A DNA stretch of 64,000 bases from NCBI GenBank assembly GCA_963816395.1, contig CAWFKQ010000010.1, positions 1 through 64,000 on the forward strand, written 5' to 3'. Origin of the DNA: an uncultured delta proteobacterium (GTDB lineage Bacteria > Desulfobacterota > Desulfuromonadia > Desulfuromonadales > JACZKF01). Of the stretch, positions 49,667-63,625 are shown in pieces. The notes beneath the pieces are model-generated. The model worked only from the letters and a program-made list of their open reading frames with translations. It ran no database searches and was not told the DNA's origin. Positions within the stretch are counted from its first letter, which is position 1. Each line of letters starts with the position of its first letter. Both the position numbers and the translations under genes were made by a program.

Positions 49667-51655
49667 ATGAAGCGGACTCTTTCCTCACTGGGTCTCGTCC
49701 GGCTCGGGGTCGTATCTCCCGAGCTGCAGGTGGCCGATGTTGTCTTTAATACCGGCCGGATATGCGCCGCCATCGCCCAGGCGGCGGCTGAAGACTGCCG
49801 TTTCCTGATCTTCCCGGAACTGTGCCTGACCTCCTACACCTGCGGCGATCTGTTTTTCCAGCCCCTGCTTATTCAAAAGGCCAGGGAAGCCTTGTGGGAA
49901 CTGGCCGCCGCCACCGCCGAACATGGTTCGGCGATCGTCGTCGGCGCGCCGGTCGAGCAGGGAGGGCGGCTGTTCAACTGCGCCGTGTTTCTCGCCGCCG
50001 GCCGCATTCTCGGGGTCGTTCCCAAATCCTTCCTGCCCAACACCCAGGAATTCTACGAGGAGCGCTGGTTTTCATCGGCCACCGACCGTACCGCCGATTT
50101 TCTTGAATGGCGGGGGGAGCGCATACCCTTCGGCGCCGATCTCCTGTTCCGGGCCGTTGGGATGCCGGCCTGCGTGGTCGGGGTGGAAATCTGCGAGGAT
50201 GCCTGGACGGCCAGCCCGCCGAGCGGCCGGATGGCGGTGCAGGGGGCGACGGTGCTGCTCAACCTGTCCGCCAGTCCGGAATTGCTGGGGAAGGCGGAAT
50301 ACCGCCGGGCCCTGGTCCAGGCCCAGTCGGCGCGTTGTCTGGCAGCCTACGCCTACGCCTCGGCCGGACCCGGCGAGTCGAGCACCGACCTGGTTTTCTC
50401 GGGGCATTCCCTGATCGCCGAGAACGGCACTGTCCTCACCGAAACCGAGCGTTTCCGCTTCGAAACGCAGCTGGCGATCGCCGACCTGGATATCGAGCGG
50501 CTGCTGAACGAACGGGTGAAAAACAGCAGCTTCGCGGGTGCGCGGGAACCCGCGGGCTTCCGCGAAATTCCCTTCCCCTTACCCGACGGGCCGGCCGGAC
50601 GGCTGCGCCGGGAAATCCCCGCCACTCCCTTCGTTCCCAGCGGCGAAGCCGAGCAGGCCCGCCGCTGCCGGGAGATTTTCGCCCTGCAGACCACCGGTCT
50701 GGCCACCCGCCTGCGCCATGCCGGGGTGAGTAAGGCGGTGCTGGGTCTCTCCGGCGGGCTCGATTCCACCCTGGCCCTGCTGGTGACGGTGCGTGCCTTC
50801 GATGCCCTGGGGTTCGACCGGCGGGGGATCGTGGCGCTGACCATGCCCGGTTTCGGCACCACCGCCCGCACCCGCAGCAATGCCGAAAACCTCGCGGCGC
50901 ATCTCGGGGTGACTCTGCGGACCATTCCCATCGACCAAGCCGTCGGCCGGCATTTCCAGGATATCGGCCATCCCGGCGACCGGCACGATATCACCTATGA
51001 GAATGCCCAGGCGCGCGAGCGTACCCAGATCCTCATGGACGTAGCCAACATGGAAGGAGGGCTGGTGATCGGCACCGGCGATCTCTCCGAACTGGCTCTC
51101 GGCTGGTGCACCTACAACGCCGATCACATGTCGATGTACGGGGTGAACGCCGGCGTTCCCAAGACTCTGGTGCGCTATCTGGTCTCCTGGTGCGCCGAGG
51201 CCGAGTTTACCGGCGAGGCCGCCGCCACCCTGACCGATATCTGCCAGACCCCGTTCTCCCCCGAGCTGCTGCCGCCGGACGAAAATGGCGTCATCGCCCA
51301 GGTCACCGAAGACCAGGTCGGCCCTTATCTGCTGCACGACTTCTTCCTCTACCATGCGGTGCGCCTGCAGTTCGCCCCCGCGAAAATTTTCTTCCTGGCG
51401 CGCCAGGCCTTCGCCGGCACTTTCGGCGACCAGGAGATCCTGCGCTGGCTGAAGCTTTTCTACCGCCGCTTCTTCTCCCAGCAGTTCAAACGCTCCTGTC
51501 TGCCCGACGGGCCGAAGGTTGGCAGCGTGGCCCTGTCGCCGCGCGGCGACTGGCGCATGCCGAGCGACGCCAGCCCGGCGCTCTGGCTGGCGGAGATCGA
51601 AGAACTGGAAAAAGAGATCAGGATTCAGGAATCAGGTGGCGGGAATCAGGAATGA
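49667..51655 (+). CDS. nadE: Glutamine-dependent NAD+ synthetase (nitrilase-synthetase fusion)
   Basis: [45 protein letters not shown] and [12 protein letters not shown]. Confidence 0.97.
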   Translation: MKRTLSSLGLVRLGVVSPELQVADVVFNTGRICAAIAQAAAEDCRFLIFPELCLTSYTCGDLFFQPLLIQKAREALWELAAATAEHGSAIVVGAPVEQGGRLFNCAVFLAAGRILGVVPKSFLPNTQEFYEERWFSSATDRTADFLEWRGERIPFGADLLFRAVGMPACVVGVEICEDAWTASPPSGRMAVQGATVLLNLSASPELLGKAEYRRALVQAQSARCLAAYAYASAGPGESSTDLVFSGHSLIAENGTVLTETERFRFETQLAIADLDIERLLNERVKNSSFAGAREPAGFREIPFPLPDGPAGRLRREIPATPFVPSGEAEQARRCREIFALQTTGLATRLRHAGVSKAVLGLSGGLDSTLALLVTVRAFDALGFDRRGIVALTMPGFGTTARTRSNAENLAAHLGVTLRTIPIDQAVGRHFQDIGHPGDRHDITYENAQARERTQILMDVANMEGGLVIGTGDLSELALGWCTYNADHMSMYGVNAGVPKTLVRYLVSWCAEAEFTGEAAATLTDICQTPFSPELLPPDENGVIAQVTEDQVGPYLLHDFFLYHAVRLQFAPAKIFFLARQAFAGTFGDQEILRWLKLFYRRFFSQQFKRSCLPDGPKVGSVALSPRGDWRMPSDASPALWLAEIEELEKEIRIQESGGGNQE

Positions 51656-51735
51656 AAGAGCCGGAAACTTATACCTTGGGTCTTGGACGACCTGAACCTT
51701 TAACCTGAAGCCCGTTAACTGGAGCCTGTACCCGC
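51615..51735 (+). repeat. Bipartite heptamer tract overlapping the nadE 3' end
   Basis: ggattca ggaatca ggtggcg ggaatca ggaatga ... cctgaac ctttaac ctgaagc. Confidence 0.75.
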
Positions 51736-51739
51736 TTTT

Positions 51740-52641
51740 ATGACCGGCACCCTCTATCTCGTCGCCACGCCGATCGGCAATCTCGAAGACATGACCCTGC
51801 GCGCCCTGCGGGTGCTGAAGGAGGTCGACCTGGTTGCGGCCGAGGATACCCGCCACAGCCGCAAGCTCTTCGCCCACTACGGCATCGCTACGCCGCTCAC
51901 CTCCTATTTCGTCCACAATGAGCGGGAGAAGGGGGAGAAGATTCTGGATACTGCTGCGGGAAGGGAAGTCGGTGGCGCTGATTTCCGATGCAGGGATGCC
52001 GGCGATCGCCGATCCCGGTTTCCTGCTGGTGCGCCGCTGCCGGCAGGAGGGGCTGCCGGTGACGGCCGTCCCCGGCCCCTCGGCCCTGGTCACCGCCCTG
52101 GCTCTTTCCGGGCTGCCCACCGACCGCTTCCTCTTCGAGGGGTTCCTGCCGGCCAAGGGGAGCGCCCGGCGGGAGGCGCTGCGCACCTTGCGCGGCGAAG
52201 GCAGGACCGTCATCTTCTACGAGGCGCCGCACCGCCTGGCGGCAACTCTGCGCGATCTGGCGGCGGAACTGGGAGAAGAGCGGGAGGTGGCGGTGGCCCG
52301 GGAGCTGACCAAACTGCACGAGGAGCTTTTCCGCGGCCCGGCGGCGGCAGCGGTCGAGCATTTCGGCAGAGAGCGGGTGCGGGGAGAGATCGTTCTGCTG
52401 GTGGCGCCGGCGGTAGAGGAGAAGCCGGTGGAAACGGTGGCGGCACGCCTTGCGCCGCTGGCGGCGGAGACCGAGCTGCCGATGCGCGAAGTCGTCCGGC
52501 AGGTGGCCGAAGGAGTTCGGACTTTCCGGCAGTGAAGTCTATCGGGAGAGCCTTGCGAAAATAAAAGAGGAAGACAGAAATAAAGTCTCATCGCGGCGTC
52601 ATGCACGAGAACGCACTTCGTCCAGCGCGACGACGGGCTGA
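51740..52641 (+). CDS. rsmI: 16S rRNA C1402 2'-O-methyltransferase (frameshifts near 51945 and 52515; end approximate)
   Basis: LYLVATPIGNLED, AEDTR, SDAGMP.IADPG, YEAPHR and RELTK.HEE. Confidence 0.93.
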
Positions 52642-52875
52642 AGGAGAAGGTATTGCGCGGCACGGTACAAGCGCCCGCGGAATTCGCGGTCGTGAAGGAA
52701 GCCGTCGATAAACACCTGCGCCGGATCTTTGGCGTAGCCCTGAAGGCTGCCGAATACGGGATTTCCACTCTGGATGGGAAGAAGATTCCTGATAGGAGGC
52801 ATTGACCGCATGAGGGAGAACTAACTCCCCCACGTCCCCCCTTGGCACGGGGGAAGCTAAGAACGGAGGGGTTGC

Positions 52876-55321
<2,446 letters not shown>

Positions 55322-55418
55322 TCAACGTCCAGAGAGGAAACTTTATTGTATTCTAACCGGTGATCGGCTAGAATCACGCCTTATTTCCGCTCTTCGATTA
55401 TCTGGAGACAATCCCCGC

Positions 55419-56679
55419 ATGTCGGAAGACCAGCTTCTGCACCTTCTGGGTCTGGCCATCCTGTTTTTCCTCTCCGCATTCTTTTCCGGCTCGGAAACGG
55501 CGCTGATGGCCATGGACCGGCTGCGCCTGAAGTACCTGGTGCAGAAAAAGAGACATAATGCCGAACGGATGGAGGCATTGCTGGAGAATCCGGACCGGCT
55601 GCTCGGGGCCATTCTGGTCGGCAACAACCTGGTGAATATCGCTGCCTCCGTTTTCGCCACCACCTTTTTCGTCCAGCTCTACGGCGATGGCGGCGAAATC
55701 CTGACCATTCTCGTACTGACGCCGCTGCTGCTCATCTTTTCCGAGATCACGCCGAAAACCTATGCCGCCCAGAATCCGGAGAAGGTTTCCTTCGCCGTCC
55801 TGCGCCCGATCCTGGCGGTTCTCTGGATGCTCAATCCTGTGGTCTGGCTGGTGACCGGCATCTCGCGGTCGATCACCCGGATGTTCAGAAAACAGAAGGC
55901 GCGGCCGGTCATTTCCGAGGATGAGATCCGTACCCTGATCTCCGTCGGGGAGGATGCCGGAGTGGTGGCGAAGGAACAGCGCCGCATGCTCCTGGGGGTG
56001 TTCGAGCTCACCCAGGTGCGCGTGCGCGACGTGATGATCCCGCGCACCGAGATGGTGGGAGTCGAGGTCAACACTCCCTTCGACCAGGTGCTGGCGGCGA
56101 TCCGCCAGTCGCATCATTCCCGTTTCCCGGTCTTCGAAGAAAGTTACGACAGCATTATCGGCATCATTCACGCCAAGGACATCCTCGATTACGTGGGGCG
56201 CCCCGAGGATTTTTCCCTGCGCGATATCGCCCGGCCGCCCTACTTCGTCCCCGAATCGAAGCGCATCGGCACCCTGCTGCAGTCATTCCGCAAGAAGCGG
56301 GTGCACCTGGCGGTGGTGGTCGACGAGTACGGCGGCGCCGAGGGGATCGTCACCCTGGAGGATATCGTCGAGGAGATCGTCGGCGAAATCCAGGACGAGT
56401 ACGATGTGGAAGAGGTTCTCTACCGCGAAATCGAGCCCGGCCGCTACCTGGTGGACGGCAGCGTTTCCCTGCGCGCTCTCAACCGCCGCTTCGGACTGGA
56501 TCTTTCCGAGGAGCACGCCAATACCGTAGCCGGCTTTCTGCTGCGCACCATGGGCAGCATTCCGGAGGTGGGGGACAGCTGCGAGTCCGGCCGGCACCCT
56601 TTTCACCGTGCGCAAGGTGGTTGATCGGCGGATCGAGGAAATCGAGATGACTTTGCCGGCCGAGCGGGAGAAGCGCTAG
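55419..56679 (+). CDS. CNNM/HlyC-CorC family transporter (frameshift near 56590)
   Basis: SAFFSGSETAL, ILVGNN, EITPK, CBS pair (HSRFPV, VVDEYG) and GEI.DEYD. Confidence 0.92.
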
Positions 56680-56708
56680 CTGTCCTTGCCGACATTCCCA
56701 CGCTTACC

Positions 56709-56740
56709 GGACCCCCTGGCCAGGGGGTCCTTTTCTTTTC
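56709..56740 (+). terminator. Intrinsic terminator
   Basis: GGACCCCCTGG/CCAGGGGGTCC inverted repeat followed by TTTTCTTTT. Confidence 0.75.
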
Positions 56741-56779
56741 CGGGTTCCGCCTAAGTACTTAAAAAATTAGAAAATCTTC

Positions 56780-56808
56780 TTGACAAGGGGAAATGGGGCC
56801 AGTATAGT
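56780..56808 (+). promoter_or_regulatory. Sigma70 promoter of the dcw operon
   Basis: TTGACA-17-TATAGT. Confidence 0.85.
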
Positions 56809-56854
56809 TCCCAAAAGGTGGGGAAAAGTGTCATTTGCGGCCATCGGGGACCAT

Positions 56855-57298
56855 GTGAATTTCACCGGCGAATATCACAACTCCATTGACCCCAAGGGGC
56901 GGGCCAGCATACCGGCGAAGTTCCGGGATGTGCTGGCTCAGCAGGGGGACGAGCGCCTGGTGGTGACCAAAAACCTGGAGGGCGGTCTGACCGCCTATCC
57001 GCTTCCGCTCTGGCAGGAGATCGAGGAGAAGGTCCGCAACTCCGCCAACAGCCCGCAGAAGCAGGCGATGATCCGGACCCTGATCGCCCCCAAGGCGGAA
57101 TGTACCTTCGACAAGCAGGGGCGTATCCAGATTCCCCAGTCTCTGCGCACCCACGCCGTTCTGGAAAAGGACATCGTGGTGGTGGGTTTGTTCGAGAAAA
57201 TCGAAATCTACAGCCAGGCCCGGTATGCCGAAGTGATGCTCAAGTCGGGTGAACTTCTGCAGGCGGATTCCCAGGCCGTGGCCAATATGGGCTTCTGA
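56855..57298 (+). CDS. mraZ: Transcriptional regulator MraZ
   Basis: F.GEY..SIDPKGR..IP and DKQGRI.IP. Confidence 0.96.
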   Translation: MNFTGEYHNSIDPKGRASIPAKFRDVLAQQGDERLVVTKNLEGGLTAYPLPLWQEIEEKVRNSANSPQKQAMIRTLIAPKAECTFDKQGRIQIPQSLRTHAVLEKDIVVVGLFEKIEIYSQARYAEVMLKSGELLQADSQAVANMGF

Positions 57299-57301
57299 TC
57301 T

Positions 57302-58249
57302 TTGACCGTACCCGGGTTCGAACACAGTCCGGTGATGCCGGAAGAGGTTCTTTCACTCCTGGCGCCCCGCTCCGGCGAGATTTTTCTCGACGGTACCGTG
57401 GGCGGTGGCGGCCATGCCCGGCTGATCCTCGAGGCCAGCGCCCCGGCCGGGCGGCTGATCGGCCTCGACCGCGATCCGCAGGCGCTGGCGCAGGCGACAG
57501 CGGTCCTCGCCCCCTTCGGTGACCGGGTTGTGCTGCGGCACCGCAACTTCTCCGAGGCCGCGGCGGTGCTGGCGGAACTGGGGATCGAGGGGCTGGACGG
57601 GATGCTCCTGGATCTGGGCGTCTCCTCCTTCCAGCTCGATGCGGCGGAGCGGGGCTTCTCCTTCCGCCAGGAGGCGCCGCTCGACATGCGCATGGACCCG
57701 ACCTCCGGCCCTACTGCCGCCGAGGTGGTGAACGAGGCCGAAGCCGGGGAGCTGACCCGCATCTTCCGCGAATTCGGTGAGGAGAGGTGGGCCGGAAGGA
57801 TCGCCCGGCGCATCATCCAGGTGCGGCGGGAGCGGCCGCTGACCACCACCCGCGAGCTGGCGGAACTGGTCCGGGACACTGTTCCCGGCGGCCATGTGCC
57901 GGGGCGGATCCATCCGGCCACCCGGGTTTTTCAGGCACTGCGGATTCATGTCAACGAGGAGCTCGAGCACGTTTCCCGCGGTCTCAGCAGTGCCGTTGAT
58001 CTGCTCAAGCCGGGAGGGCGTCTGGCGGTGATCAGCTTTCATTCGCTGGAAGATCGGATCGTCAAGCATTTTTTCCAGGAGGAGGCGAGGGGATGCATCT
58101 GCCCACCGCGTCTCCCCATCTGCCGCTGCGGGCATCTCCCCCGCGTCGACCTGCTCACCCGCAAGGGATTGCGGGCATCGAATGCCGAGGTGGAGATCAA
58201 TCCGCGGGCGCGCAGCGCCATTCTCAGGGCCGTCCGCCGTCGACCCTGA
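57302..58249 (+). CDS. rsmH: 16S rRNA m4C1402 methyltransferase
   Basis: DGTVGGGGH, DLGVSS.QLD, PLDMRM, FHSLEDRIVK and NPRARSA. Confidence 0.97.
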   Translation: MTVPGFEHSPVMPEEVLSLLAPRSGEIFLDGTVGGGGHARLILEASAPAGRLIGLDRDPQALAQATAVLAPFGDRVVLRHRNFSEAAAVLAELGIEGLDGMLLDLGVSSFQLDAAERGFSFRQEAPLDMRMDPTSGPTAAEVVNEAEAGELTRIFREFGEERWAGRIARRIIQVRRERPLTTTRELAELVRDTVPGGHVPGRIHPATRVFQALRIHVNEELEHVSRGLSSAVDLLKPGGRLAVISFHSLEDRIVKHFFQEEARGCICPPRLPICRCGHLPRVDLLTRKGLRASNAEVEINPRARSAILRAVRRRP

Positions 58250-58286
58250 TGCTTCCCCTCCCGGGGAATGGAGTGAAGGAGGCGAT

Positions 58287-58604
58287 ATGTCGGATACTAC
58301 TCTCAGAGCCATCCCCAAGGTCAACGGTTTTCCCCTGAGCCGGCCCCGGCTGGTCCCCCTGTTCGCCTATATCGCCGTCGTTCTGGTGATCTCACTCTTT
58401 TTTGTCTGGTCGCGCCTGCAGGTGGTTCATCTGGAATATGACCTCAGTAGTCTGGAGGGACAGCTGCGCCAGATGCAGCAGGAAAGCAGTCGCCTGCGTC
58501 TGGAGGCGGCGAGCCTGCGCAATCCCGTGCGGATCGAGCAACTGGCCCGAAGCCAGATGGGGCTGCGGCTCCCCTTGCCCTCACAGGTGATCACCGTCAA
58601 CTGA
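58287..58604 (+). CDS. ftsL: Cell division protein FtsL
   Basis: Single TM plus coiled coil, RIEQLAR..MGL; position between rsmH and ftsI. Confidence 0.88.
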   Translation: MSDTTLRAIPKVNGFPLSRPRLVPLFAYIAVVLVISLFFVWSRLQVVHLEYDLSSLEGQLRQMQQESSRLRLEAASLRNPVRIEQLARSQMGLRLPLPSQVITVN

Positions 58605-60569
58605 TGGGCGGGCCGGAGAAGTGGATCGGCATTCGTATTCGGCTGGTCGGTCTCTGTTTTCTGGCCGTTTTTGCCCTGGTGATGGTGCGGGCCTTCCAGC
58701 TGCAGGTGCTTGCTCGCGACGAATGGCGTAAGCGCGCCGAGCGGCAGCACCAGCGAATTATCCCCCTCACTCCCCAGCGGGGGACGATCTACGATCGCAA
58801 TGGCGAGGAGCTGGCAGTGAGTCTTGAGGTGGATTCAATTTTCGTCGATCCGTCCCAGGTCACCGACGCACCGCATGCTGCCCGGGCGCTGGCCGTGGCG
58901 CTGGGGCAGCCGTATCGGGCGCTGAAGGCGAAGCTGGATTCGAAAAAAAGCTTCCAGTGGCTGAAGCGGCAGGTCTCTGAGCGCGAGAGTCAGTCGGTGC
59001 GGGAGCTGCATCTCGATGGGGTGAATTTCACCAAGGAACATCGGCGCTACTATCCCAATTCGGAAATCGGCGCTCAGGTGATCGGTTTCACCGGCCTCGA
59101 TCCGGAAGGGCTGGAGGGGGTGGAGCTGTCCTTCGATTCAGTGCTCCTCGGCCAAGGCGGCTACCTGGTGATGGAGCGGGACGCCCTTGGGCGGGGTCTC
59201 GGCCCGGGCGCTCCGGTCGTCGAGGGAGGAAGGGGCAGCAGTCTTTACCTGACCCTGGATAAAAACCTTCAGTACATCGCGGAAAAAGAGCTGGCGGATG
59301 GGGTGCGCCAGGCCAAAGCGCGGGCGGGGACGGTGATGATTCTCGACCCGCAGACCGGGCAGGTGCTGGCCATGGCCAGCGAGCCCGATTTCAACCCCAA
59401 TGCCTTTTACAAATATCGCCCCGGCCAGTGGCGCAACCGGGCGATCTGCGATACCTACGAGCCGGGCTCGACCTTCAAGCCGTTTGTGCTGGCGGCGGCG
59501 CTCAACGAGAAGGTGATCACCCCGGAGCAGCGCATTTTTGCCGAAAACGGCAGCTATCGGGTGGGCGGTCGGACGATTCATGATCACCATCCCTACGGTA
59601 CCCTGACGGTCACCGAGATCCTGAAGTACAGCTCCAATATCGGCATGGCCAAGATAGGCAAGATGTTGGAGCGTGAGCGGGTCTACCGTTACCTTACCGC
59701 CTTCGGTTTCGGGGCTCCCACCGGCATCCGGCTGCCGGGGGAAGTCGCAGGGACGGTTCGCAAACCTTCGCAGATGTTCGAGGTCGACCTGGCGACGGAA
59801 AGTTTCGGCCAAGGAGTTTCGGTCACTCCCGTGCAATTGGCGACCGCCACCGCCGCCATCGCCAATGGTGGCTACCTGATGGCCCCCTACGTGGTGGAGC
59901 GGGTCGTCGACAGCTTCGGCCAGGTGATCGAATACCGCCAGCCGACCGTGGTGCGCCAGGTGGTTTCCGAGGAAGTGGCGCGGAAGGTGCGGCAGATCAT
60001 GTTCGATACCACCGAGGAAGGTGGAACGGGGACTCTGGCCGCGGTACCGGGTTACCGGATTGCCGGCAAGACCGGTACGGCGCAGAAGGTCGATCCGGTG
60101 ACCGGCGGCTATTCGATGGATAAAATGGTCGCATCTTTTGTCGGAATGGCCCCGGCGGAGGGGGCGCGGCTGGTCGTGCTGGTGGTTATTGACGAGCCCG
60201 AGAAACACGTCTACGGCGGACTGGCGGCGGCGCCGGTATTCGCCCGCATCGTCTCGCAGGCGCTGCATTACCTGAAAGTGCCGCCGACGGAACCGGTGCG
60301 GGAGATGGCCATGGCCCCGCCGCTGCCGGAGCCGGCAGTGGGCGAGATCGATTGCCGATGAAGAGGAATCGGAGCCGGCGGCGGACGGCAGGCTGCGCAT
60401 GCCCGATTTCATCGGCCTCAGTTACCGGCAGGTGCTGCAGGCGATGGAGAAGACCGGCATCAATGTCAAGCTCAACGGCACCGGTCGGGTGGTGGAGCAG
60501 CACCCGCGACCAGGGCAGCCGATCCGTTACGGGACGGAAGTGTGGGTGAGGTTCACCACCCCCACCTGA
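58604..60569 (+). CDS. ftsI: Penicillin-binding protein 3 with C-terminal PASTA domain (frameshift near 60350)
   Basis: RGTIYDRNG, EPGSTFK, SSN and GKTGTAQ; MPDFIGLS PASTA segment in the shifted frame. Confidence 0.95.
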
Positions 60570-60614
60570 AAACCTTTGACTTTTCCCGGGGAGAAGAGGA
60601 AAATAGCTGATTCC

Positions 60615-62120
60615 ATGAGACTTTCTCAGCTGTTCAAGGATATTCCCCTCCGTCCTCTGCAGGCGGATTCGGACCCGGAAGTAGCCGGTCTCGCTTATGA
60701 CTCCCGGCAGGTCGAGCCCGGCGGCCTTTTCTTCGCCCTGCGCGGGGAGAAGGCCGACGGGCATCAGTTTATCGAGCAGGCCATCCAGCGTGGCGCGGTC
60801 GCCGTGGTGATGGAGGAGGAACGACCTTTGCCGCCCGGGGTGGCCGGTTTCCTGGCCGAAAACGGCCGGCGGGTCATGGCGCTGGCGGCAGCTGCTTTTT
60901 ACGGCGATCCGACGGCCGACATGACGGTGGTCGGCGTGACCGGCACCAACGGTAAAACCACCACCACCTACCTGCTCGAAGCGGTTCTGCGCGCGGCCGG
61001 CAAACGACCGGCGGTTTTCGGCACCGTCAACTACCGGTTCGGCGAGCGCGTTCTCCCCTCCCTGCATACCACCCCGGAGTCGGTCGACCTGCTGCGCACG
61101 ATCGCAGAATTCCGGCGGGCGGGGGCCGATGCCCTGATCATGGAGGCCTCCTCGCATGCCCTGGAGCAGCACCGGGTGGATGGGGTGCGCTTCGATGCCG
61201 CAATCTTTACCAATCTCACCCCCGAGCATCTCGATTACCATCGGGATATGGAAAGCTACTTCGCCGGCAAGCGTCGCCTGTTCAAACTGGTGGAGGAGAC
61301 CGGGGGAAAAGCGGTGGTGAACATTGACGATCCTTACGGCGCCCGGTTGGCCGCCGGGCTGCCGGCGGTGGTCTCCTGCGGCACCTCTCCGGCGGCGATG
61401 GTGCGGCCGCTGCGGGTCTCCCTCTCCATGGACGGTATTGCCGGCGAACTGGCGACGCCGGCCGGCCCATTGCCCTTGCACTCGCGCCTGCTGGGGGATT
61501 TTAACCTGCACAATCTGCTCGGTGCCGCCGGTGCCGGTCTGGCTCTCGGCCTCGACCCGCAGACGATCGCCGCCGGGCTGGCGCAGGCGCCGCAGGTCCC
61601 CGGCCGCCTGGAGCGCATCGAGAACGGCCGGGGGGCGCTGGTGCTGGTCGATTATGCCCACACCGGCGATGCCCTGGAGAAGGTGCTGAGCACCCTGGCC
61701 GCCCTTTCCCCGGGTCGGATAATCACGGTTTTCGGCTGTGGCGGTGACCGCGATCGCAGCAAGCGGCCGGTCATGGGGGAGGTCGCCGCTCGCTTCAGTG
61801 ATCTCGCCCTGATTACTTCCGATAATCCCCGCACCGAGGAGCCGCTGGCTATTATTGAAGAGGTGCGGGCCGGCGCCCAACGGGTTCATCCCCTGGCCTG
61901 GTCCCGGGAAGAGGCGACGCGGTCGCCCGGTCGCGGCTTTCTTGTCATCCCCGACCGCCGCGAAGCGATCGCTTTCGCCGTTTCCCTGCTGCAACCCGGG
62001 GATCTGCTGCTGGTTGCCGGCAAGGGACATGAAGATTATCAGATCATCGGCCGTGAACGATTCCATTTCGACGATCGGGAGGAACTGCGCCGCGCCCTGA
62101 CGCGGCTGGAGAATAGATGA
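60615..62120 (+). CDS. murE: UDP-MurNAc-tripeptide synthetase (meso-DAP type)
   Basis: GTNGKTT, DYAH, GCGGDRD, DNPR and GKGHE. Confidence 0.97.
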   Translation: MRLSQLFKDIPLRPLQADSDPEVAGLAYDSRQVEPGGLFFALRGEKADGHQFIEQAIQRGAVAVVMEEERPLPPGVAGFLAENGRRVMALAAAAFYGDPTADMTVVGVTGTNGKTTTTYLLEAVLRAAGKRPAVFGTVNYRFGERVLPSLHTTPESVDLLRTIAEFRRAGADALIMEASSHALEQHRVDGVRFDAAIFTNLTPEHLDYHRDMESYFAGKRRLFKLVEETGGKAVVNIDDPYGARLAAGLPAVVSCGTSPAAMVRPLRVSLSMDGIAGELATPAGPLPLHSRLLGDFNLHNLLGAAGAGLALGLDPQTIAAGLAQAPQVPGRLERIENGRGALVLVDYAHTGDALEKVLSTLAALSPGRIITVFGCGGDRDRSKRPVMGEVAARFSDLALITSDNPRTEEPLAIIEEVRAGAQRVHPLAWSREEATRSPGRGFLVIPDRREAIAFAVSLLQPGDLLLVAGKGHEDYQIIGRERFHFDDREELRRALTRLENR

Positions 62121-63511
62121 TGGACCTCGATCTGCAAAAGATCGCCCGGATCACTGGCGGCCAACTCCTCCCCGAGGATTCCCGGCTGACTGTCCGCGGC
62201 ATTTCCACCGACAGCCGCTCCCTGCAGGGGGGCGAACTTTTCATTCCCTTGCGGGGTGAAAATTTTGACGGTCACGATTTCCTTCTGGCGGCGGTGCGCC
62301 GGGGCGCGGCTGCCTGCCTGAGCGAGCAGGTGGTGGCCGGGCTGCCGGTGCCGGTCATCCGGGTGGCCGATACCCTGCGCGCGGTGGGGGATCTGGCGGC
62401 GGCAATACGAAGCGATTTTCCCGGACCGGTGGCGGCGATCACCGGTTCTTCCGGAAAAACCACTACCAAGGAGATGCTGGCCGGCATTCTGGCGCTAACC
62501 GGGCCGGGGCTGAAGACCGAGGGGAATTTTAATAATTTGATTGGCCTGCCGCACACCATTTTCCGGTTGCAGCCGCAGCATCGCTGGGCGGTGCTGGAGA
62601 TGGGGATGAGCGCCCGCGGCGAAATCGCCCGCCTGGCGGAGATCGCTGCTCCCAGTCTCGGCATCATCACCAATATCGGGCCGGCGCACCTCGAGACGCT
62701 GCACGGACTGGACGGGGTGGCGCGGGCCAAGGGAGAGCTGTTCGCGGCCCTGCCGGCCGGAGGTACGGCGGTAATCAACGGCGATGACCCGCGAGTTGCC
62801 GCCATCCCGGTGGCAAACGGCGTCAAGTGCCTGTATTTCGGCAGCGCGGCCGGTGCTGAAATACGAGCGGAGCAGGTGACGGTCAGCGGCGACGGGATCT
62901 CTTTCCTGCTCGTCCTGCCGGCGGCGAGCCGGACGGTGCATCTGGCGGTCACTGGCCGCCATAATGTCCAGAACGCCCTGGCTGCTGCGGCTGCCGCCAG
63001 TGCCCTGGGGGTGGAAGCGACGCTTATCGCTGAGGGGCTGGAGGCCTTCCGTCCCGGCCACGGCCGGATGGAATTGGTCCACCTGCCGGACGGCACCTCC
63101 GTGCTGGAGGATTTCTATAATGCCAACCCCCTGTCGGTGCGGGCGGCCCTGGTCGCCCTGGACGAGCTGGGCGGGAGGGGACGGCGCATTGCGGTGCTCG
63201 GCGACATGCTGGAACTCGGTGAACAGGCCGCCCGCCTGCATCGGGAGATCGGTGCCGAAGCCGCCCGCCGGGTAGACTTTCTTCTGCTGCTGGGAGCCAT
63301 GGCTGAGGAAACTGCTGCCGGCGCCCGGGAGGCGGGGCTGGCAGCCGACCGCATCCGTATCGCTGCGACGCACGAGGCGGCGGCCGGCCTCCTCTGCGAA
63401 TTCCTGCAGGCGGGCGACCGGGTGTTGATCAAGGGTTCGCGGGGGATGAAGATGGAAAAGGTCTGCGCCGCCCTGCGGGAGAAGGACTGTCTGGCCGTAG
63501 GCCACTGCTAG
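62117..63511 (+). CDS. murF: UDP-MurNAc-pentapeptide synthetase
   Basis: TGSSGKTTTK, GNFNN.IG, YNANP, GDMLELG and KGSRG. Confidence 0.97.
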   Translation: MMDLDLQKIARITGGQLLPEDSRLTVRGISTDSRSLQGGELFIPLRGENFDGHDFLLAAVRRGAAACLSEQVVAGLPVPVIRVADTLRAVGDLAAAIRSDFPGPVAAITGSSGKTTTKEMLAGILALTGPGLKTEGNFNNLIGLPHTIFRLQPQHRWAVLEMGMSARGEIARLAEIAAPSLGIITNIGPAHLETLHGLDGVARAKGELFAALPAGGTAVINGDDPRVAAIPVANGVKCLYFGSAAGAEIRAEQVTVSGDGISFLLVLPAASRTVHLAVTGRHNVQNALAAAAAASALGVEATLIAEGLEAFRPGHGRMELVHLPDGTSVLEDFYNANPLSVRAALVALDELGGRGRRIAVLGDMLELGEQAARLHREIGAEAARRVDFLLLLGAMAEETAAGAREAGLAADRIRIAATHEAAAGLLCEFLQAGDRVLIKGSRGMKMEKVCAALREKDCLAVGHC

Positions 63512-63539
63512 CAGAGAGTGACTTATCACGCCTGTTTTA

Positions 63540-63625
63540 GGCGCAATGAATTGCGCCCCTACGAGGTACGTCGTTGACGAAGGATGAGGGCAACGCCGCA
63601 GATGGGCGTTTTTCATCCGTCTGTT
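63540..63625. repeat. GTAG-type REP-like palindrome followed by a MITE-like fragment
   Basis: Minus strand reads GTAGGGGCGCAATTCATTGCGCC; the adjacent segment reads GAAAAACGCCCATCTGCGGCGTTGCCCTCATCCTTCGTCAACGACGTAC. Confidence 0.55.

Noticed and set aside
52842..52858. TTGGCACGGGGGAAGCT as a sigma54 promoter
   Set aside because: The -12 element is poor (AAGC) and it points antisense into acyP with no downstream gene.
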